Part shown: positions 12,904 to 25,249 of the stretch, piece after piece
How the letters are laid out: every line of letters begins with the position of its first letter
Numbering within the stretch: position 1 is the stretch's first letter
DNA from: Ginglymostoma cirratum
Lineage: Eukaryota
Length of the DNA: 64,000 nt
Direction of reading: 5' to 3'
Assembly (NCBI GenBank): GCA_024137785.1
Contig: JAHRHZ010000235.1
Coordinates: 1 to 64,000, forward strand
Notes under the pieces: model-generated
Databases searched by the model: none
What the model saw: the letters and a program-made list of their open reading frames with translations, nothing else
What the model was told of the DNA's origin: nothing
Position numbers and translations under genes: made by a program

Positions 12904-15130
12904 TAGAACATATAGAACATACAGAACAATACAGCGCAGAACAGGCCCTTCGGCCCTCGATGTTGCACCGACCTGTGAACTAATATAAGCCCATCCCCCT
13001 ACAGTATCCCATTATCATCATCCATATGCTTATCCAAGGACTGTTTAAATGGCCTTAATGTGGCTCAATTAACTACATTGGCAGGCAGGGCATTCCACGC
13101 CCTTACCACTCTCTGATTAAAGAACCTGCCTCTGACATCTGTCTTAAATCTATCACCCCTCAATTTGCAGCTATGCCCCCTCGTACTAGCCGACGTCATC
13201 ATCCAAGGAAAAAGACTCTCACCTGTCCACCCTATATAATCCTCTGATCATTTTGTAGGTCTCTATTAAATCCACTCTTAGCCTTCTTCTCTCCAATGAG
13301 AACAGACCCAAGTCCCTCAGTCTTTCCTCATAAGACCTTCGCTCCAGACCAGGCAACATCCTGGTAAATCTCCTCTGCACCTTTTCCAATGCTTCCACAT
13401 CCTTCCTGTAATGGGGCGACCAGAACTGTACGCAATATTCCAGGTGAGGCCGCACTAGCGTTTTGTACAGTTGCAGCATGACATCACGGCTCCGGAACTC
13501 AATCCCGCTCCCAATGAAACCTAACACACCGTATGCTTTCTTAACAGCACTATCAACCTGGGTGGCAACTTTCAGGGATCTATGTACCTGAACACCAAGA
13601 TCCCTCTGCACATCCACACTACCAAGAATCTTTCCATTGACCCAGTATTCTGCCATCCTATTGTTCTTCCCAAAGTGCATCACCTCACATTTATCTGTAT
13701 TGAACTCCATTTGCCACCTTTCAGCTCAATTCTGCAGTTTATCAAGTCTCCCTGCAACCTGCAACATTCTTCCACACTGTCCACCATTCCACCCACTTTA
13801 GTGTCATCTGCAAAATTACTAACCCATCCACCTATGTCTGCGTCCAAGTCATTTACAAAATTGACAAACAGCAGTGGTCCCAAAACAGATCCTTGTGGCA
13901 AACCACTAGTAACCGGACTCCAGGCTGAATATTTTCCATCAACCACCACTCGTTGCCTTCTTTCAGAAAGCCAGTTTCTAATCCAAACTGCTAAATCTCC
14001 CTCAATCCCATGCCTCCGCATTTTCTCCAATAGCCTACCATGTGGAACCTTATCAAAGGCTTTACTGAAGTCCATGTACACCACGTCAACTGCCCTACCC
14101 TCATCCACATGCTTGGTCACCTTCTCAAAAAACTCAATGAGNNNNNNNNNNNNNNNNNNNNNNNNNNNNNNNNNNNNNNNNNNNNNNNNNNNNNNNNNNN
14201 NNNNNNNNNNNNNNNNNNNNNNNNNNNNNNNNNNNNNNNNNNNNNNNNNNNNNNNNNNNNNNNNNNNNNNNNNNNNNNNNNNNNNNNNNNNNNNNNNNNN
14301 NNNNNNNNNNNNNNNNNNNNNNNNNNNNNNNNNNNNNNNNNNNNNNNNNNNNNNNNNNNNNNNNNNNNNNNNNNNNNNNNNNNNNNNNNNNNNNNNNNNN
14401 NNNNNNNNNNNNNNNNNNNNNNNNNNNNNNNNNNNNNNNNNNNNNNNNNNNNNNNNNNNNNNNNNNNNNNNNNNNNNNNNNNNNNNNNNNNNNNNNNNNN
14501 NNNNNNNNNNNNNNNNNNNNNNNNNNNNNNNNNNNNNNNNNGCTTAACAAGAGATACAATTTCTTTTGTAAACCAAGGTTCCCTTACCTTATCACTTCCT
14601 CCCTGCCTGACTGGGACATACCTAACAAGGACACGCAATATCTGTTCCTTAAACCAGCTCCACATTTCGATTGTCCCCATCCCCTCTATTTTGCTACCCC
14701 ATTCTATCCCTCCTAAGTCTTGCCTAATTGCATTATAATTGCCTTTCCCCCATCTATAACTCTTGCCCAGTGGCATGTTCCTATCCCTTTCCATCGCTGA
14801 ACTAAACGTAACCGAATTATGGTCACTCTCTCCAAAGTGCTCACCTACCACCAAATCAAACACTTGGCCTGGTTCATTACCAAGTACCAGATCCAGTGTG
14901 GCCTCCCCTCGTTTCGGCCCTTCGACATACTGTGTCAGGAAACCCTCCTGCACACATTGGACAAAAACTGATCCATCCGACGTACTAGAGTTGTAGCATT
15001 TCCAGTCAATGTTGGGGAAGTTAAAGTCTCCCATAATGACCACCTTGTTCCTTTCACTCCTGCCCAGAATCGTTTTGCCAATCCTCTCCTCCACATCCCT
15101 GGAACTTTGCGGAGGCCTATAAAAAACTCT
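12904..15130 (-). mobile_element. Young CR1 LINE (EN-RT) spanning an assembly gap
   Basis: [37 protein letters not shown]; atagaac tail; possible gtcttata TSD. Confidence 0.93.
14142..14541. other. Assembly gap (400 N)
   Basis: Run of N. Confidence 1.
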
Positions 15131-15249
15131 CAGCTTGTCTTATAACTGTCTTACAAATATTGTTCTGATTTCTCTTCACAGATGCTGCCAGACCTGCTGA
15201 GATTTTTCAGCAAATTCTGCTTTTGTTTCTGATTTACAGTATCCGCAGT

Positions 15250-15975
15250 TACAGAGTCATAGAGTCATACAGGTATACAGCACGGAAACAGACGCTCCGG
15301 TTCAACTCATCCACGGCAACCAGACATCCCAAATAAATCCAATCCCATTCGCCAGCAAATGACCCATATTTCTCTAAACCTTTCCTATTCATATACCCAT
15401 CCAGATGCCTTTTAAATGCTGTAATTATACCAGCCTCCACCACTTTTTCTAGCACCTCATTCCATACATACACCACGCTCTGTGTGAAAAAAGTTGCCCC
15501 TTAGGTCCCTTTTAAATCTTTCCCCTCACACCTTAAACCTCGGCCGCTCACTTTTGGATTTTTCTATCCCTGGAAAATGACCTGGTCTATTTACGCTATC
15601 CATGCCCCTCATGACTTTATAAACCTCTATAAGGGTCATCCCTCTGCCTCCAACATTCCAAAGAAAATAGCCCCAGCTGATTCAGTCTCTCCCGGTAGCT
15701 CAAGCCCTCCAATCCCTGGCAACATCCTTCTAAATATTTCTGAATCCTTTCAAGTTTCGCAACTTCCTTCCTGTAGCAGGAAGCTCAGAATTGCAAGCAG
15801 TATGACAATAGTGTCCTAAAAATGTCCTGTATAGCAGCAACATGACGTCCTAACTCATATATCCTATGCACGGACCAACAAAGGCAAGCAGACCAAGCAC
15901 TTTCTTCACACCCCCCCACCCCGTCTACCTGTAACTCCAATTTCAAGGAACTATGAAACTTCACTCCAAGTTCTC
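15250..15975 (-). mobile_element. Older CR1 3' fragment
   Basis: VWNE..E.VVEAG.IT.FKRHLDGYM and tatgactc tail. Confidence 0.8.
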
Positions 15976-16465
15976 CTTTATTTTGGTTTCTATAGATATT
16001 GTATTTGGAATTTATTTATGGAATGCCAATTTGTAATAAAAAAATCCTGTTCCGTTTTGTAGCTCAGTTGTTGTATTTGTCAATGAATGTTCCCTGAGAC
16101 ACTAAGAGTTGACACAACACACCATTTGTCTCTGTGACCTTCAGCTGCTACACGAAATATGGAATTGGATTCCTTTTTACTGAATCACCTCATCAAAACC
16201 AAATACAACTGAGAAAATATAAACCAAACCAATTTCCCAAGGACAGTTATCACAACATGACAACAAACTGAGCAACAGACAGTTCCTGTCCCCTCTCTCC
16301 AGGAGTGTCACTGTTCGTGTCCGCTCTCTCCGGGAGGTCTTGCTGTCATTGTCCCCTCTATCACTATGGGTACAAATTTACGATCTTTTCTGTCTGAGCA
16401 TGTTACTCATCCTGTTCCCCGTCTCTCAGGGTCAGGGTGGGGGTGTCACACTCACCCAGATTGTC

Positions 16466-16570
16466 TTTTCTGATGAATGGTCTAGGCCCGAAACGTCAAG
16501 CTTTCCTGCTCCAATGACGCTGCTTGGCCTGCTATGTTTATCCAGCCCCACACCTTGTTACCCCCTACAA
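16466..16570 (+). mobile_element. 105-bp Penelope-tail/hammerhead insertion with 10-bp TSD
   Basis: Flanked by ccagattgtc at 16456-16465 and 16571-16580; CTGATGA at 16470, GAAACGTC at 16490-16497. Confidence 0.8.
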
Positions 16571-18439
16571 CCAGATTGTCAGTTCCATTTACTCTCTTGT
16601 GAAATGGGTAATCCCTGCTTCCCTAAACTGAGCCGTGTGTCAGAGCCTGGCACAGCTCACCCTTCATCTCAATCAGATCACAGGGTCTAAGGTTGGTCAG
16701 TACAGTCTGGACCCAGAACAACAACACTGACTGACTGGATACAACCCAGATCAAGTCACAATGAGACTGATATTGACCTTCACACTCAAAGCCCACCAAG
16801 GAGCTGGTCATTTGTCTCAATGTTACCACAGAGTCAGTTCTCTCAGAAATTCATGATTCATTCTGCATTTTAAACAGGGGAGCGATGCTGTGAAGGGAAA
16901 AGGTGGGAAGGTATGGAGAGGAAACAAGGAGGAGAGAGAATTGTATTTCTATTACACCGTCCATGAGCTCAGGATGCTTGAAGATGTTTTACAGCCAATG
17001 GAATATTCCGAAGTCTAGCCGTTGTTGCAATGTGGGAACTGGGACAGCCCATTTACTCTCAGCAGTCTCCCACAGTAACAGCGAACTATTGACCAGGGCA
17101 TCGGGGGTAGGACCCCGGAGTGGAGAATGGGACAGGCTGGCAAACTAAACCCAAGCAGCCAGTGAGTTCTGAGTATTGGGCTGTGTGGGAGGGAGATGCT
17201 AAAGGAAAGGGGCTTCATGGAATTCATTCACAGGATATGGGGGCACTGGCTGTGCCAGCATTTAATACCAGTCCCTGTTGGCCCTTGGTGAAGTTGGTGG
17301 TGAGCTGCCTTCTTGAACTGCTGCAGGCTATGTCCTGTAGACAGACCCACAATGCCCTTGGGGAGGGAATTCCAGCATTTTGACCCAGCGTCAGTGAAGG
17401 AACGGCGACATATTTGCAAGTCAGGATGGTGAGTGGCCTGGAGGGGAACTTGCAGGGAGTGGTGTTCCCATGTGTCCGCTGCCCTTGTCCTACTATATGG
17501 AAGTGGCGGTGGGTTTGGAAGGTGTTATCTTAAGGAAGCTTAGTGAGCGGGTATTGGTGGTACAGCTGTCTGAAAATGATCACCTCTCTACAGCCAGTGG
17601 TCACTCCCTTTCCTTTTATATCAGTGAGACCTGTCAATAAATAACTCCTGGTCAGTCATATCAACGACAACAACTTGTATTGATGTACCATTTTTAATAT
17701 ATTAACCATTCAAAAGGTGAGCACGTACAGTGTTTGCGTTGATGACCAAAAGGAGCCAAAGAGCTCGTTCTATGCAGTGAGAGGGGTTTGTGGAGGAAAT
17801 TCCCGTGTTGAGGGCTTGGGCGACTGAAGGCACAGTTGCCAGCCATGAGGTGGAAGGCCAGATTGGAGAGTTTTGGAGATAAGGTAGGGTTTGTGGACAA
17901 CCGTGTGGTCCATTGCATCGCCTCCGCCTGCGGGAGACAGGGGAGAGGAATCGGGAGGCTAGGCAAGGCACATCATTTGGAAGCACCACCCAGAGACTGG
18001 AGGCTGTACTGCAGGCAGGCTCCAAACCAGTTCTGCTGTGAGGGAATGAGACTGAAGCACACAAGAACATGAGAAATGGAAGCAGGCGGAGGCTCCCAAT
18101 GCCAGTCTATACTTTCTTAAATACAGGAACCAAAATTGTACACAGTACTCCCAGTGCAGACTCACTAACTCACTTTACAATTATAACAAGATTTCTACAT
18201 TTTTAAATTCCAACCCCCTGCAATAAAGGTTAAAATTACATTTTCCCTGTGACTGGGGAGTGAGGGGGAGACCCAGGCCCAGGCCCCTGTGACTGGGGAG
18301 TGTGGGGGAGCCCCGTCGATGATGGTGGATGGGGTGAGTGGGGGCAGCCAGGCTCTGAGCCTGTGACTGGAGACTTTGCAGCATTCAGCAGGTTAATATA
18401 TTGCCCACTGGTTGAGTGAATGGATCTGTGTGGATTTGA

Positions 18440-19052
<613 letters not shown>

Positions 19053-19351
19053 GTCCGGACACTGTGACCTGCTGCATATTTCCGAGGAGATGGACACTGA
19101 GAAGATTGTGTTGAAACGAACGGTGCATCGGGTGGCTGGATATTTCAGGATCTGACTGTGGGATTTGTCTCTCATTCCTTTCATAATGTCAGTGGAGGTG
19201 ATCATCCTACAGCAGCCGTACACTGCTGGGGCACGTCTTCCTGGTTTCCTGTGACTGATGACACACTCTGAGGTTTCATCTTTAGTTTAATCTTCATGTG
19301 AAACTCTACTGCAGCTTTAAGACATTCGAGTTGATAATTCCCAGATTCCCT

Positions 19352-19528
19352 CAGCTGCTTTGACCACTGTCCCTGCTGACTGCTCTTTGTTAAAAGTAGT
19401 TTCAGAGCAAAGACATTTTACTGTCACTTCCTCTTGAGGCTTATACCTGCTGCTGCATTTGCATAGCGCAAATCCTTCACTTATCACCAACAGCTATTGA
19501 CCAGTAACTCACTGGAAAGTACCAGCTG
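19352..19528. promoter_or_regulatory. Candidate 3' light-chain enhancer
   Basis: CAGCTG 19352-19357, CACTTCCTC 19425-19433, ATTTGCAT 19457-19464, GGAAAGTACC 19514-19523 (1 mismatch to kappaB), CAGCTG 19523-19528, in non-repetitive-looking DNA. Confidence 0.55.
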
Positions 19529-21269
19529 CTTTCTCCTAACCTTCTCTCCCAGCAAGAGCTCCCTTTAGTAAGTGTCCTCTAGTCAAGTCCTACCCCCTGA
19601 CCAGCACAGGGACCCTGAGCAAGCATTCTGTCTTATCCTTTTTCTGCAGGCAGGCACAGAGGTGTCCGGTACATGAATCACAAAATTAATACACAACGTT
19701 AGCAAATGATGAGGAAGGTAGATGGAGTGTTGGTGTTTATTGAAAAGGGCTGTTGATGAGGTCTCATGTGGAGACCTGTGTATACTTTTGGTCTCTTTTA
19801 AGGAAGAGTATCAAGGGCTGTGGGGGAAAAGGCAGGAAAATGGAGTTGAAGATCATCAGATTAAACCATAATCTCATTGAATCAGGGAGCAAATGTGATG
19901 GGCTGAATGAGTTAATACAGCTCCTGTATTTTATGACTTAATTATCGCAGAATTTGTTCAGAGACCATTCACTGAACTCATTCCTGGGATGACGGAGTCA
20001 TCCTCTGAGGAAAGGTTGGAAGTGCTGTACACATTGGAGATTAGAGAAGGAAAGATGATCCCATTGAAACACATTGGTTCCTGAGGGATAAAGACGAGAC
20101 ACTGAGAGGCTTTCTGACAGGATCTCCCTGCCTGAGGCTTTGTTTCCCCGTAGATACCCTGTCTCTGGGTTGTCCTGATGGATTATTTCCCAGTGACATA
20201 ATTGTTTCCTTTCTCTGCATTTCCCAGGATCTGGAGCATCATCGGGAAGTTTTCCTCAATGGGATCCAAGGACAAGAAATTGCCCTGCTCAGGGCCAGCT
20301 GCCCAACTCTTTGTACATTCAAGTCCTTCCTCATTCAGGAATGCAATCTGACAGATCGTTGGTTTGTGTATTGTAGAACAAGAAATGTTATATTTTATAA
20401 TCAGCACCTTCTTGTCATTTTCATTGGAAGCCGTTGTTGTTTGGGCATCTCATTGATTTAATACTGTGAGTGGGTTCATGCTACAGGCACTGGGAAGGAT
20501 GAAGGGCTGTCAGAAATCCAGAGTTTGCTGATTCATCACCTTGACCAGGCGAACTGATAAGTGTTCTGGGGAAAGGTCAGTGGACCTGAAATGCTTACTG
20601 ATTTCTCTTCACAGATACTGAAATTATCTATCTTGTTTCTTTAACTTTCAAACAGGATCGATATTCAACGTTGTTAAAATTTGGGGAAATTTTATGTTTA
20701 ACTTGCAGCAGCCTGTTGTCCCAGGGAACAGGTTCGTGTTGTTGGTCTGATCATCTGTAATGCCAGCTGCTCCCAATTGCTCGCCCTTTTAAAACCATCT
20801 CTTGGGGCAGCTTATATTTGTAAAAATTGTCTTTTCAAAAATAAACTAACTCACTGATGTTGGTCTACCTGTGCTCTGTGCTCGTGCTATACTGCTGGCC
20901 CTTCAGCTAGATGTACAGGAAGATCCCAATTCTTTCCCTTTCACCTCAAACCATTTGATTGGTGTTAATGTGACCACATCCTGGACAGAAGTGGGATCGT
21001 CAGTCAGTGATTGCACTCTGTCCTGTAAATCTCAGTTACAGACACATTGATCCCGTTGTTCCAGGTTTAACTGGAATATGGGAACAGGGGCCAGGATATG
21101 ATCACAACTTGTCCTGACACAGCACACTCCCTCCCTTCCCCTCCTCAAAACAAATCTGAAATCACCAACTGGGTTTCACACTGAGATCGAATTCAAGGAG
21201 GGATGACATGCTGCAAAGCTGAGATACACACCCACAGACATTCTGAGTGGCAGCCACTCATAGACTCAA

Positions 21270-22700
21270 CTGCACACATCTGCAGACAGTACTACGTATC
21301 AGCCACACACACACTCAAATACACACAGCTACAGACAGCACTGCGTTTCAGCCACACACACACTCAACTACACACAGCTACAGACAGTACTGCGTATCAG
21401 CCACACACACACTCAACTACGCACAGCTACAGACAGTACTACGAATCAGCCACACACACACTCAAATATACACAGCTACAGACAGTACTGCGTATCGGCC
21501 ACACACACACGCAACTACACACAGCTACAAACGGTACTGCGTATCAGCCACACACACACGCAACTACACACAGCTACAAACAGTACTGCGTATCCGCCAC
21601 ACACACACTCAACTATGACACGAAGATGACACGAAGATTGGGGGAGTAGCATAAAGCATAGGGGATTGTCAAAGAATACAGGAGAATATAGATAGACTGG
21701 AGAGTTGGGCGGAGAAGTGGCAGATGGAGTTCAATCCGGGCAAGTGTGAGGTGATGCATTTTGGGAGGTCTAATTCTGGAGCGAACTATAATGTAAACGG
21801 AAGAGCCTTGGGAAAAGTTGATGAGCAGAGAGATCTGGGAGTTCAGGTCCATTGTACCCTGAAGGTGGCTGCACAGGTGGATAGAGTGGTCAAGAAGGCA
21901 TATGGTATGCTTGCCTTCATCGGACGGGGTATTGAGTATAAGAGCTGGCAGGTCATGTTAAAATTGTACAAGACTTTGGTTCGGCCGCAATTAGAATACT
22001 GTGTACAGTTCTGGTCGCCACATTACCAAAAGGATGTGGAAGCTTTGGAGAGGGTACAGAGAAGGTTTACGAGGATGTTGCCTGGTATGGAAGGTGCTAG
22101 CTATGAAGAGAGGTTGAGTAGGTTAGGATTGTTTTCATTAGAAAAAAGGAGATTGAGGGGGGACCTGATTGAGGTCTTCAAAATCATGAAGGGTATAGAC
22201 AGGGTTGATAGAGATAAGCTTTTTCCCAGGGTGAGGGATTCAATAACGAGGGGTCACGCGTTCAAGTTGAGAGGAGAAAAGTTTAAGGGGGATACACGCG
22301 GAAAGTACTTTACACAGAGGGTGGTAGGTGCCTGGAACGCGTTGCCAGCAGAGGTAGTAGAGGCAGGCACGGTAGATTCATTTAAGGTGCGTCTAGACAG
22401 ATTCATGAGTAGGTGAGGAGCAGAGGGATACAGATCCTTAGGAATTGGGCGATAGTTTTAGACAGTGGATTTGGATCGGCACAGGCTTGGAGGGCCGAAG
22501 GGCCTGTTCCTGGGCTGTAAGTTTTCTTTGTTCTTTGTTCTTTAACTACACACAGCTACAAACAGTACTGCGTATCCGCCACACCCACACTCAAATACAC
22601 ACAGCTACAGACAGTACTGCGTATCAGCCACACACACACTCAAACACACACACCTACAGACAGTACTGCGCATCAGCCACACACACACACACACACACAC
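21270..22700. repeat. 49-bp CA-rich minisatellite interrupted by a CR1
   Basis: Unit cacagctacagacagtactgcgtatcagccacacacacactcaactaca; period 49. Confidence 0.9.
21616..22543 (+). mobile_element. Young 5'-truncated CR1 LINE
   Basis: RT C-terminal ORF 21724-22416; (ttgttct)n tail; aacta TSD; near-identical to 47108-48030. Confidence 0.93.
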
Positions 22701-23029
22701 CTACAGATAGTACTGAGTAACAGTCACATACAGTGTCAGAGACACAGTGAAATACAGCGCTGGGTAACAGTTGCACTCATCCTCAGAGACACCTGCAGAG
22801 TTTACTGGAAAACAGTCACATACACACAGATACACAGCTACAGACAGGACTTGGAAAAAACCACATTGACACACATGGGTACACACCAATAGACAGCACT
22901 AAATGAAATACCTGCTCTCAGAAAGATACACTGACAGAACACTGAGACACACATCCACACTGAGAAATATACCAATACACAGTATCGGGAAACAGTTACA
23001 TCCACACTCTCAGATATACCTACATATAG

Positions 23030-23231
23030 CATTGGATAACAGCCATACCCACACTGACAGACACACTGACAGACTGCATTGGGTAACAGTCATACCCACA
23101 CTGACCGATATACAGGCAGACTGCATTGGGTAACAGTCATACCCACACTGACCAATATACAGGCAGACTGCATTGGGTAACAGTTACACCCACACTGACC
23201 GATATACAGTCAGACTGCATTGGGTAACAGT
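23030..23231. repeat. 47-bp tandem repeat, about 4 copies
   Basis: gcattgggtaacagtcatacccacactgaccgatatacaggcagact at 47-bp period. Confidence 0.85.
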
Positions 23232-24065
23232 GGTCGGTGGTGTAGCAGTTGGTGAGCCTGGGAGCGACTTCACCCAGTGCGGGTGAATGTGTGCCCAGCA
23301 TGGGGGAAGGTGAGCCCTCACAAGGAAAGCCACTGTGGAGCTAATGCAGGCCCAAGGCTTAAGGCAGGACAATAATATTTAACTTTTAACTTTCTTTCTT
23401 TGCATTTCTACATTTTACTAGGAATAACTACTGGTGAATGTTATAACTGAATTCTTTATTTTTCTATTTTGATAGTTAAGATTTTGTAAACAGCTCCTTT
23501 TGTACTGAAGATGGATTTGGGAATGGTGACCTTGTACACTTTTCCCTGTACTCCTGTACCTCTGTACTTGAGTACATGTTACAGTAAAACCTAATTCTAA
23601 ATCTAAAATGTATGCTGTGCGATCCTGACTGATCCCTTCTCTGAACTAAGACCTCAGTCAGTTCAGTTTTGAGCTGTCACTGTGAGAAACAGGCGAAGAT
23701 GGGAGAAATGAACATGCCAATTGCAGCCTCCAGCATCTGGGATTGGCCTAAACTCATTTCAAACGTTACCCAGCAGAGACTGCACAGTACGATCCCACCA
23801 GCTGGGTCTGGACCAAAACAATGAAGAGTAAATGCCTCAGATTGTAATGATTAGGTCCTAGCAGTTTCCAGTTTCCATTCTGTTTGGAATCTTGGAAACG
23901 CAACAGATTCTAGATGAAAGGGATGATTTGAAAATGATTGATGTTAGGATCTAAATTCAAATTCACCAATCAGAGCAATCCTTTGCTGAAATAGAGCCAT
24001 TCAGCTGAGGGGAGGTGTGGTCAATTCTCAAAGCATTCAGAGACAGAGACTGAACCTTCTTCATC

Positions 24066-24071
24066 TTTATT
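24066..24071 (-). terminator. Candidate polyadenylation signal (AATAAA) of the light-chain gene
   Basis: tttatt on +, about 525 nt downstream of the C stop codon. Confidence 0.6.
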
Positions 24072-24596
24072 CCCTTTTCCAGATTGATATTGACAGAAAA
24101 AACACTGCAATTAACAGCCCAGACAGAGGAAGCTGCACAAATTCACAGCCACGATGGAGCTTGAGGAAAACACTTGTGGAGATTTTCTCAATAACACGAG
24201 AATCCTGCCCCTTTAAACAGTGACAAAACCTTAAATTGAAACTGACGGCTGAGCAGGAAGGAGGTCTGGTTCGCTGAAGCAGAGACTTCTGAGGTTCACA
24301 TTGTTTTTGTACAGCTGACAGTATTCTGCATCTTTGAGAGGTTTTACTTGACATCACAAGTCAACACTTTCCCCATCAAACACGCCCAGGACAGCAATAG
24401 CATGGTGTTAAATACAGAATAAAGCTCCCTCTACACTGTCCCAATGACCTGCCATAACCCCTGAACCTCAGAAGTCGCCGAGCCAGTCCCAAGAAGGAAG
24501 AGAGTTGAAATTCTGTGCTGACAATGACCTTTGTCCTGCTAGCTCAGCCCTGTTCTATTTAAAGTTGTGTCTACTCTGTGGACTGTCTCAAACACG

Positions 24597-24925
24597 CTAC
24601 ACACATTCTGATCTCCTGATGCTCTTGATGAGGGGAGAGGAGAGGGTGACGTGGGTGAGGGCACAGGAGAAGCGAGCGTTGGACTCCCAGTCAGAGGCAG
24701 AGAGGGTCAGCAGGCTGCTGACACTGTAGGTGCTGTCCGAAGCGCGCAGGTAGTTGCTGGTCTGAACCCCGTCCGAAATGACTGCACCGTCCTTCTTCCA
24801 CTGCACCTCCAGCTCTTCGGGAAAGAAGTGCTTGGCAACGCAAACCAGGGTGGCAGTGCCATTGTCCTGGACTTGCTCCGGGGAGGGGGGCAGCAGGGTC
24901 AGCTTGGGCTGAGACATCTCACGGC
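24597..24925 (-). CDS. Ig light chain constant (C1-set) exon
   Basis: Acceptor ttgtcattcag|gc in phase with J; S-REMSQPKLTLLPPS...ATLVC...W...YSVSSLLTL...W...FSCALTH...SECV-stop, with penultimate Cys for the H-L bond. Confidence 0.96.
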
Positions 24926-25249
24926 CTGAATGACAAGAGCAGCAATTTTAATTCCTGCCATTCAAAGAGAATTCAATTTACCAAACATTGATATGTAAAA
25001 TAATCCATCTGAACATTTGCAACCAATAGACAACAAACCGAACAAAAGAGTGAATGTACATTAAAATTCCTTTTTGATGGTTGATATTGGATACCCCCAC
25101 CCAGAGTAAATTCTGTGCCCTCACCACCCTCAGCGCTTCCTCCAAGTGCTGTTCAAACTGGAGGAGAGACTGATTTATCAGCCGAGGAAGACTAGTACGT
25201 GGTAATCAGTGGGAGGTTTCACAGAATCATACAGTACTGAAAAGCCCAT

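Noticed and set aside
13582-15094. Long ORFs across the N run
   Set aside because: Gap artefacts; the missing CR1 segment appears longer than 400 nt, so the gap size is probably nominal
21203-21649. Repetitive His/Thr-rich ORFs
   Set aside because: Translations of the 49-bp minisatellite
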